Positions 17,240 to 25,248 of a stretch of 32,000 nt of DNA are shown in pieces. The position numbers and the translations under genes were made by a program. The first letter of the stretch is position 1. Each line of letters begins with the position of its first letter. The notes below the pieces were generated by a model. It had not been told where the DNA came from, did not search any database, and was given only the letters and a program-made list of their open reading frames with translations. The DNA lies in NCBI RefSeq assembly GCF_000829315.1, contig NZ_AP013028.1:420001-452000 (forward strand), read 5' to 3'. Source of the DNA: Wolbachia endosymbiont of Cimex lectularius (GTDB taxonomy: Bacteria; Pseudomonadota; Alphaproteobacteria; Rickettsiales; Anaplasmataceae).

Positions 17240-17562
17240 TTGAAGTGGTTATAACGCTAGTTCTGGATTAGTCTTTTGTAAGCTATTGAAAACTTGAATT
17301 TTAGAGCTATGCTTAATCAAACTTAAAAGTGACAGTTCATTGCATGTCTGTACAGCTAAGCTATTGAAATTCTTGAGTTTTGCTAAATCTATTGAGCATT
17401 TAAAATGTCTACTGCTTAAACTTAGGTAGCTCTTTTACCTTAGATATTTGAATTTATAAACTATGATATCTTGTACTTTTTAATTTCTAATTAATACTAA
17501 ACATTTATAAAAGTATTGTTTCTCGTAACTAAAATACCTATACTCCCTAATTTTAGACAAGA

Positions 17563-18792
17563 TTGATGCTACAGAGAAACTTTTTAATATGGTTATTGGC
17601 ATCGCTGTTTTACGCATATCAGTATATATTACGTGTGATCCCAAATGTTATAGCTCCTGAATTAATAACAAGTTTCAGTATAGGAGCAGTAGAAATAGGG
17701 CAATTTGGAGGGTTGTATTATGTGGGCTATGTGTTAGCACACTTTCCTGTAGGTATTTTGCTAGATAGATTTGGTGCCAAATGCATCATGCCGCTTTGTA
17801 TTATGTTGACCTCTTTAGGTGCTGTACCTTTAGTTAGTTCTAATAATTGGAATTATTCTATTGCTGGAAGAATAATTACTGGCATTGGATCCTCTGCCTC
17901 AGTGCTTGGACTCTTTAAAATAATAAGTATCTATTACCGTAGAGAAAAATTTGCTGTAATGTTTAGCATGTCAGCTGTTATTGGTATCTCAGGTGGTATA
18001 TTTGCCACTAAACCGTTACATGTTTTATTTGATAAGTTTGGATGGAACCATGTACTTATTGCATTTGTGATTCTTGGGTTGTTGTTTGCTTTAGCTACAT
18101 TTGTAGCTATACCTAAAGTTGATACCTCAGACAAAATAAATATCAAAAATTTAAGCAAGATTGTATTCAATAAGGATATTTTACTGGTGAGCTTATTTGG
18201 CGGTTTTATGATTGGTCCATTAGAAGGTTTTGCAGGTGCATGGTCTACAACATTCTTGCGTGAGATGTACGCTATGGATAGGCACATTACATATAGTGTT
18301 TCACAATGGATACTAGTAGGCTTTGGTCTTGGAGTTTTATTACTGCCTTATATGTTAGCAAAGTACCCAACTAGACACTATGAGATAATAATTTCTTGTG
18401 CTATGACTATGATAATTGTGTTCTTACTGCTTTTTACTCACAATGTTAGTACATTCTTAGCATGTATAGCACTATTCATTATTGGCTTTGCCTGTGCATA
18501 TCAAATTCCTTTAACTGATAAAGTTGTAAGTTGTGTGAAAAATGATGTAGTCGCAAGCGCAGGGTCTGTAAGTAATTCTATAGTTATGAGTTTCGGTTAT
18601 TTTTTTCATACTATTATTGCAGGCATAATAAATTTTTATTGGGATGGTAAAGTTATTGATGGGATCCCATCTTATGGAACTGAAATAATGATTAAATCTA
18701 TGCTAATAGTACCTATAGGCTTATTAATAGGAATGATAGGTTTTTTGTTACTGAAAGTTATAGATTGTAAAAAGAATTTACCAGAAAATTGA
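17563..18792 (+). CDS. MFS-type transporter (12-TM-like)
   Basis: 409 aa, hydrophobic throughout, with an MFS-like loop (GILLDRFGAKC) after TM2. The start is TTG 17563 or ATG 17566. Confidence 0.75.
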   Translation: MMLQRNFLIWLLASLFYAYQYILRVIPNVIAPELITSFSIGAVEIGQFGGLYYVGYVLAHFPVGILLDRFGAKCIMPLCIMLTSLGAVPLVSSNNWNYSIAGRIITGIGSSASVLGLFKIISIYYRREKFAVMFSMSAVIGISGGIFATKPLHVLFDKFGWNHVLIAFVILGLLFALATFVAIPKVDTSDKINIKNLSKIVFNKDILLVSLFGGFMIGPLEGFAGAWSTTFLREMYAMDRHITYSVSQWILVGFGLGVLLLPYMLAKYPTRHYEIIISCAMTMIIVFLLLFTHNVSTFLACIALFIIGFACAYQIPLTDKVVSCVKNDVVASAGSVSNSIVMSFGYFFHTIIAGIINFYWDGKVIDGIPSYGTEIMIKSMLIVPIGLLIGMIGFLLLKVIDCKKNLPEN

Positions 18793-19009
18793 CATGCTGA
18801 ATTTACTTTATAGACGACTTGTGAAGTTTTTTTGATTGTTTTGGTTGGTAGAAACTTATAACTTTGAAATTTGCAATTAGGTTGAATGAGAACAAAACTG
18901 AAAAAGCTTTAACCCATAAACTTGATATTTTATATTTTTAATAAGCTGGTTCTAATTTCATACAATCTTAAAAGATCCTTTTCAAGGTACTATTTTTAGC
19001 TAGAGAATG

Positions 19010-19200
19010 AACACTTTTAACTACAATAGAACTCTTTCTAGCCAAAAGGTGATAGTTGAAAACGTAATTGGCTTATTGAAAAGGTTTAAAATCATCTCTG
19101 ACAGATATAGAAATAGACGAAAACGTTTTGGTTTAAGATTTAATTTGATTGCTGCTATTCACAATTTTGAGCTCCCTATATAAATTTTGAAAGAAGTCTA
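19010..19200 (+). mobile_element. 3' remnant of a DDE_Tnp_4 (IS5/Harbinger-like) IS with its terminal repeat
   Basis: A 58-codon frame reads MNTFNYNRTLSSQKVIVENVIGLLKRFKIISDRYRNRRKRFGLRFNLIAAIHNFELPI*, a typical C-terminus for that transposase type. It is followed by aattttgaaagaagtcta ending at 19200. A possible degenerate left end (tagacgacttgtgaag) lies at 18811. Confidence 0.55.
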
Positions 19201-19214
19201 GTATCATTCCTCTG

Positions 19215-19852
19215 CTTATACCAATCTCTACTACACAGAAAGCGACAGGTACCGTTTTGCCAGTCAACAATGGTGTCATCCAAGTAGCCTTTTCTTGTTG
19301 TCCAAGTAGCCTTTTCTTGTCATCCCAGTACTTGATACTGGGATCCAGGATACTACTTTAGTAATAAATATTTAAGAAATTTACCAAGCGAAGAAAAAAG
19401 CAAAAGAAGCCCTGGTCGGTATTTATTTTTAGTATTGGCGTTTTTATGCCTTAAACGCTGCAATTTAGCTGCTTTTAAACGCAACTAGTCTAAGCTATAA
19501 TATTTAAGAAATTTACCAGGCAGAAGAAAAGGACAATAAAACCCCGAGGTAGCTAGTTATTCCACTCTCTATTTTAAAATCCGGCGTTGGGTGATGTCTT
19601 AAACGACTTATAAGCGCGTTTCAGCTTGTATGGGTAAAAACCCAAAGTTTTAAAAAGACATGCAGTGCACATAGTACGCCAAATACAAGCTTTCTTGTCA
19701 TTTTAACCTGCACAGATTGGGAAATTAAACAAATAGCTTCAACACTATGATAAGGGAACTGAAAGAGTTTGTCAAGTAGTTTTTTTGTTTCTATTGGGTA
19801 GCTTTTTTCCACTGTTGTCTGTCCGCTTTCTGTGTAGTGGAATTGGTATAAG
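19215..19852. repeat. ~640-bp repeat-rich element bounded by imperfect 34-bp inverted repeats (non-autonomous element?)
   Basis: cttataccaatctctactacacagaaagcgacag (19215-19248) matches the reverse complement of 19819-19852 (cttataccaattccactacacagaaagcggacag). Inside are 'tgtcatcc' units plus the palindrome catcccagtacttgatactgggatccag (19268-19348). The motif atatttaagaaatttacca occurs twice (19364-19386, 19494-19520). There is also a degenerate ORF (19621-19812, -). Related segments occur at 11068-11790. Confidence 0.45.
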
Positions 19853-19945
19853 GTCTTGGATATGCTAATTTTAATCTTTGTGTTATAAAATTGTTAATCA
19901 TTTTATCCTATAATTAGGATGATAGTTATTTTTCAAAGGATTTTT

Positions 19946-20808
19946 AGAACCTGTTTAAAATCTTCGTAACAGGAGAGAAATGAAGGAGAGGACTATCATC
20001 TGTAAGCTAGTGTTGAGCTTCCGCTCGCAATTTTTCCACAATCGCCTGCACTTTTCTAACCAGGCAAAAGAGCGTTCAACAACCCATCTTTTTGGCAATA
20101 CGACGAAAGTGTGTAACTCACTTCGCTTTATTACTTCAACAGTCGCACCAATGATAGCTTTTATTTGTGTTGCAAAATTTTCTCCTGTGTAGCCAGCATC
20201 AACCAGTATGTTTTTAACTTCAGAGAGGTTTGCTTTAGCATTTTCGACCATTTTCACAGCACTGCTACGGTCAGTTGCTTCTGCCGTTGTTACATAAATT
20301 GCATGTGGCAAACCTTGTGTATCAACTGCAATATGGCGCTTTATCCCTGAAATCTTTTTACCTGCATCATAGCCTTTTTTTTTCAGCAGTATCTGCGTTT
20401 TTAACGCTTTGAGAATCAATTATACAAAAGCTAGTTTTCTCTTTCCGACCATTGCTGATACGGACCTCTCCAACTAATTTTTTTTAAGACTAATTCCAAC
20501 AAGCTTGGCTCTTCTCCATTCTTTTTACTCCACACTCGAAAATAGTAATATACGCTTTCCCATCTTGGAAAACCCTTTGGTAACATCCTCCACTGACAAC
20601 CACTTTTTAAGACGTACAACACCCCACAAAATACGTCATACAAATCAAGTTTTCTTGGTTTTGTTTTCTGCTTGCTACTCTCCAAATTTGGCCTGATTTT
20701 TTCAAACTGCTCTTGACTTATATTACTTGGATAACTTTTCTGCATAGACACCTCATTATTAATCTATGCTTACTTTACCTCACATTTCCAAGATTTTAAA
20801 CAGGTTCT
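19946..20808 (-). mobile_element. IS5-family insertion sequence, copy A (863 bp)
   Basis: The terminal inverted repeats are agaacctgtttaaaatcttcg (19946) and ccaagattttaaacaggttct (to 20808). It carries orfA and a DDE part. At the protein level it is identical to copy B (variant RPNLESS / KKNGEE). Flanking triplets are TTA on the left and TAA on the right, so they do not match. Confidence 0.92.
19955..20751 (-). CDS. IS5-family transposase (orfA 20431-20751 plus frameshifted DDE part 19955-20419)
   Basis: orfA has the DUF4096-like pattern (YDVFCGVLYVLKSGCQWRMLPKGFPRWESVYYYFRVW). The DDE part contains IIDSQSVK (out of frame), LVDAGYTG and VVERSFAWLEKCRRLWKNCE. The frames are split at poly-A tracts A8 and A9. 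Confidence 0.85.
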
Positions 20809-20954
20809 AAATCATCACGATCAACATCTAAAGAATGTCCTCTAGCTATTGCCTAATCGATGATATCCTTAGTTTTTTCCAGACTTTCCTCATAGAGGAT
20901 GTCAGTTTTAGTATCATTTTCTTGTTCAATTTGTTCAGTCATTTTTACCCTTTA

Positions 20955-22995
20955 TTAATATCTAATGTAGTATTCTTTTTCAGAGTCAGTGATATTAGGA
21001 ATGTTGAACATAGTTGTCCCCTTGGTGTTAATTATATTGACAATTGCGTCTGCGAGATCTTCGGTCTTCATTCCATCCGTATTGATTTTTACATATTCCT
21101 TGGCAGCAATATCTCTATATGGTGTGTCATCGTCACCTAATGTGTTCCACCATATTACTAGGTCGCAAACATAGCCGGGATCAGTGTTGTCGTACCTTTT
21201 AAAACCTATCCAATCGATAGGTTCCCAACTACCTTTTTTGTTAAGTTTAATTGCGTACAAACATCTTTGAGTAAACAGAGCCTTATGCTGCATAGCGTAC
21301 GTTATCACTGAATTTTTATCGGTAAATAGTACGTTAGGTTTTCCTGGTATTCTCTTATCTGTTGGTGATTGTTTATAAATAACGTGATTGCCCCATGATT
21401 TTATTAATGGGTAACGTCTATCAATTTCCTTATCGTAACTCATAATTACAGTAGCGTAAGCTGTAGAAGCGGAAGCACTTTCAAGATCTGTACCATACAC
21501 TGAGTACATCGAACACACAAACCACGGGGAAAATAAAAAGTAGTTTTGTGAGCAGTTACAATTAGTAGTAGTTGGCTGCAAAAAAGTAGCACTAGCCTTT
21601 GGTATAATTAAAGGAAAACCAATATCATAAACTCTACTAGTAAAATTAACTGGATTAAAAAACCCGCATAAACCAGAAGGATATGGAAATTGTTGATAAT
21701 TAAGACTTACCGTTAAATAAAAAAATCCATCTTTAACAGAATAGCTTATTTCAGTTTTCTTAGTTACTTCATCAATACCTTTATTATTATGATTTAACTT
21801 AGTTGTAGTTCGAAAATAACCTGAAAAATCAGAGTCAGAATCCGCAAATTTCACCGAAAACAATCCATTACTAGTCATTCTAATTTTTTCACTTAAATAG
21901 TTAGTGGTAATATCAAACGAATGACAACAGGTGATGATTTCCATATTGTCACTGCTGTTTGATACAACGTATTGAAAATTGTAATCCACAGATGGATTAG
22001 CATGAAATGTAGTTTCTATCCACAGGTCAGCAATACCATCACCTTCAGGTTTTGAACTTACTACCCCCTTCCCATCAAAAGCAACTTTGACTTTATTATC
22101 TGCAACGAACTTTTTTATGTATTTACTTGATATTGCATTAAACCAATTTGGTGTATCTTTAGTTTTGAGCATATCAAACGTAACTGGTGTAAGACCTAGT
22201 TTTTCGTATAGCCTCCTGTATTCAATTCCTAGAGGACTCATTCCATTTGCATCAAGTGCACGACCATCGCACTTCATTAAATTTATCTCTTTCTCATTGA
22301 CTTTTGCCCCCTTAGGATAAGTGACTATTTCACCAACATTGTCTGCGAATTTCAGACCTTCAATTGTAAAAATTAATTCTTTATAACCATCATCAATTCC
22401 ATATTTAGTTGGCGAAAACGAAGAAAACAACAAATGAGATTTCGCTAAATCAGAGTTTTGTACTGGATATTTAAAATCAACAACCGATACAGGCGATGAA
22501 ACCTCCGCACAATAGAAATTTGTTGCTCTTAAGTCAAATTTTTGATTTTTCGGCAGAGAAAACTGCAGCAATAAATATTGATCATCGCCAATATCTTTTG
22601 GTATTGTTACTTTAGGTAAAGCAAAACGACTAAAATAAACCTTTGGATCGTCAGAATCAATTGTGTATTCAGCAACCTGTATAACTTGCGGCGCTGCCAA
22701 TGACTTTGAGCCAAAATTGCGAATAACTGACACAGCAAGTGGTATATTATCACCGCTTTTCCAAGCATAAAATTTTAGCTGAATGTTAGTATTCGCGCCC
22801 CACAGCACATTAGAACTCCTAAACGCTACAATTTTCTGCAACGGCGGCGCTTTCTCGCTGAACTTTTCGCAGATAACGTTCAAATAAAAACGAGGGTTGC
22901 CTTCACTGATTTTTTCAGCTTCGTTGATTTCTTTGATGAAAATTCTATCTACATCAACTCTGTTTTGTACCGGTACTGAGTCAGCATAAGGTCTT
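20955..22995 (-). pseudogene. C-terminal ~680 codons of a phage tail-fibre / receptor-binding-like gene split by IS copy B
   Basis: Track ORF 20955-22883 (642 aa) stays open upstream to the IS boundary (…LRPYADSVPVQNRVDVDRIFIKEINEAEKISEGNPRFYLNVICEKF…). It joins 23859-24257 in frame once the IS and one TTA are removed. The functional call rests only on size, context and a tail-fibre-like N-terminus. Confidence 0.6.
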
Positions 22996-23858
22996 AGAAC
23001 CTGTTTAAAATCTTGGAAATGTGAGGTAAAGTAAGCATAGATTAATAATGAGGTGTCTATGCAGAAAAGTTATCCAAGTAATATAAGTCAAGAGCAGTTT
23101 GAAAAAATCAGGCCAAATTTGGAGAGTAGCAAGCAGAAAACAAAACCAAGAAAACTTGATTTGTATGACGTATTTTGTGGGGTGTTGTACGTCTTAAAAA
23201 GTGGTTGTCAGTGGAGGATGTTACCAAAGGGTTTTCCAAGATGGGAAAGCGTATATTACTATTTTCGAGTGTGGAGTAAAAAGAATGGAGAAGAGCCAAG
23301 CTTGTTGGAATTAGTCTTAAAAAAAATTAGTTGGAGAGGTCCGTATCAGCAATGGTCGGAAAGAGAAAACTAGCTTTTGTATAATTGATTCTCAAAGCGT
23401 TAAAAACGCAGATACTGCTGAAAAAAAAAGGCTATGATGCAGGTAAAAAGATTTCAGGGATAAAGCGCCATATTGCAGTTGATACACAAGGTTTGCCACA
23501 TGCAATTTATGTAACAACGGCAGAAGCAACTGACCGTAGCAGTGCTGTGAAAATGGTCGAAAATGCTAAAGCAAACCTCTCTGAAGTTAAAAACATACTG
23601 GTTGATGCTGGCTACACAGGAGAAAATTTTGCAACACAAATAAAAGCTATCATTGGTGCGACTGTTGAAGTAATAAAGCGAAGTGAGTTACACACTTTCG
23701 TCGTATTGCCAAAAAGATGGGTTGTTGAACGCTCTTTTGCCTGGTTAGAAAAGTGCAGGCGATTGTGGAAAAATTGCGAGCGGAAGCTCAACACTAGCTT
23801 ACAGATGATAGTCCTCTCCTTCATTTCTCTCCTGTTACGAAGATTTTAAACAGGTTCT
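22996..23858 (+). mobile_element. IS5-family insertion sequence, copy B (863 bp) inserted in the tail-fibre-like gene
   Basis: It has the same termini as copy A. It is flanked by TTA (22994-22996) and TTA (23858-23860) if the core is taken as gaacctg...caggttc (861 bp). Confidence 0.92.
23053..23849 (+). CDS. IS5-family transposase (orfA 23053-23373 plus frameshifted DDE part 23385-23849)
   Basis: As for copy A. The A8 tract lies at 23319-23326 and the A9 tract at 23421-23429. Confidence 0.85.
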
Positions 23859-24257
23859 TAAAAACTGCCACGAAAGTCCTGCTATCGGTAGCTGCGGAAA
23901 AGTAGGCAAAACAAATCCTGCACCCTGCCCTCTATCATCAAATTGCAAACCAATATTAAACTGACCATCGATAAACAAATTATCAGACACGATGGCAGTA
24001 ATCGGATCAGTTTTTGCCTGCTCCTGAAAATACGGAAGATCTTGAAAAATAAGTTCAGGAGCCACAGCATTACCGTACCGGCATTTCAACTGAGCGGTGT
24101 ATCTATCCTCAGGATCATCTACGTCAACAAAATAGTATAATTTATGAGGCAATGTACCGTTTTCGTCGAGTTGCAGGGGATTTTGTGCCGGTACGACATT
24201 CCCCTCTTGGTTTTTATAGTAGGCATTGTGCAGAGTTGTTGGGCTTTTTTTTATCAT
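23859..24257 (-). pseudogene. N-terminal ~133 codons of the IS-split tail-fibre-like gene
   Basis: The sequence reads MIKKSPTTLHNAYYKNQEGNVVPAQNPLQLDENGTLPHKLYYF... and ends ...PIAGLSWQFL at the IS boundary. The likely start is ATG 24257; the track ORF begins at 24293. Confidence 0.55.
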
Positions 24258-24448
24258 AAAAATACATCCAGTATCCCGCTGCCGGCATACCATCCTTATT
24301 CTTGATGATATCTTGTAAGACTATACTTAGTACTAACCTCTGTGCCATTTTTCCTGAGCAAAAAGTCAGTTATAGTATATTTCAAAATTTTAATATTTTA
24401 TTAACACAGGTGCACAAAATCATCTTTACACATCCGTAACTTTTATTA

Positions 24449-24477
24449 TTGAAAAATTAAAAAAGATGCTGTATACT
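24449..24477 (+). promoter_or_regulatory. TA cassette promoter TTGAAA-N17-TATACT (TA1)
   Basis: TTGAAA at 24449-24454 and TATACT at 24472-24477, 29 nt upstream of the antitoxin ATG. The same hexamers and spacing occur upstream of the other two cassettes. The -10 overlaps a GTATAC palindrome. Confidence 0.6.
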
Positions 24478-24506
24478 TGTTACAGTAGTAGATTTCGGTA
24501 AAATTT

Positions 24507-24740
24507 ATGGCAGATCTAGAATTTAATATAACTTTCAACAATGAAATCTCAGAGTGTCTTGCTGGGCTAGCTAAAATAAGAAATAAATCCGTTAAAGAAC
24601 TAGCAGAGAAGCTAATGCAAGAAGCAATTGAAAATGAGGAAGATAAAATACTAATTGAGCGTGCTGTTGAGCGTAGTACTCTAAATTCAAAGAAAATTAG
24701 AAGTGAGGATGTAGACTGGAATACGATATTATCTTCTTAA
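24507..24740 (+). CDS. RHH-type antitoxin (TA1)
   Basis: 77 aa. A beta-strand-like N-terminus (LEFNITFNNEI) is followed by two helices (LAGLAKIRNKSVKELAEKLMQEAIE), which fits a ribbon-helix-helix fold. By eye it is ~70% identical to the 30817-31038 product. It sits directly upstream of a RelE/ParE-like frame. Confidence 0.7.
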   Translation: MADLEFNITFNNEISECLAGLAKIRNKSVKELAEKLMQEAIENEEDKILIERAVERSTLNSKKIRSEDVDWNTILSS

Positions 24741-24979
24741 ACAATGTTCTTGAGAAAGACCTTCCAAATCTTCCAAAAACAATAAGATTAAGGGTTATAA
24801 ACGCAATAAACGAGCGGCTTACAGTTGATCCTATTAATCTTGGTGAGCCATTATATCACAGATTTAAAGGATGCAGAAGGCTAAGGGTAGGTGATTATCG
24901 CGTTGTCTATTCCGTAAATATCATAAAATATGAAGTAGTTATTACTTCAATAGAACATAGAAAAGACGTTTATAAATGA
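24709..24979 (+). pseudogene. RelE/ParE-family toxin gene with a disabled start (TA1)
   Basis: The frame open from 24707 encodes (R)LEYDIIFLNNVLEKDLPNLPKTIRLRVINAINERLTVDPINLGEPLYHRFKGCRRLRVGDYRVVYSVNIIKYEVVITSIEHRKDVYK*. That frame has no in-frame ATG, GTG or TTG anywhere. ATG 24709 is one nt out of frame and is followed immediately by TAG. Confidence 0.65.
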
Positions 24980-25012
24980 GTACATCATATAAACATTAAG
25001 TATATTCTATAC

Positions 25013-25219
25013 AGCCCCTTTTCCTGATCCATTCTCCATCTTAGGCGGCTCCGCTCAGCTCAAAAAAAACTGATTTTTTTGTCCACCCCCCTATATATTA
25101 TATTTTATATATAATATATAATATAATTTGGGGGAAGAGGCGACGAAAACAACATTGAGTTTGAGTAGCCTCCGCTTAATATTATTTTTAAGATGGAGAA
25201 TGGATCAGGAAAAGGGGCT
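25013..25219. repeat. 207-bp palindromic element: perfect 31-bp terminal inverted repeats around a nested AT-rich hairpin
   Basis: agccccttttcctgatccattctccatctta (25013-25043) is the exact reverse complement of 25189-25219. Inside, a C-run and a G-run (25086-25091 / 25130-25134) flank tatatattatat (25092-25103), which pairs with atataatatata (25109-25120). Confidence 0.85.
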
Positions 25220-25248
25220 CAGGGTCGATGGGCGTTGATGAAGATGTC

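Noticed and set aside
19980-20696. Antisense ORFs of 70, 61 and 63 aa inside every IS copy. They recur at 10487-10857, 23108-23824, 25361-25892 and 26034-26750.
   Set aside because: They are mirror-strand ORFs of the transposase frames and appear only because the IS is repeated. They have no RBS or recognisable domains, and their composition is typical of antisense reading.
20809-22995. Gin/Cin-type invertible tail-fibre C-terminus (shufflon-like host-range switch) suggested by inverted repeats around the tail-fibre 3' region.
   Set aside because: The inverted repeats are whole IS copies, not short recombination sites. No invertase gene is present, there is no alternative C-terminal exon on the opposite strand, and one of the ISs simply interrupts the gene.
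23319-23330. Classical programmed -1 ribosomal frameshift on the A8 tract joining orfA to the DDE part.
   Set aside because: The -1 phase reads aaa aaa aat TAG immediately after the tract. The DDE-bearing frame is +1 (equivalent to one A fewer), and a second correction is needed at the A9 tract.
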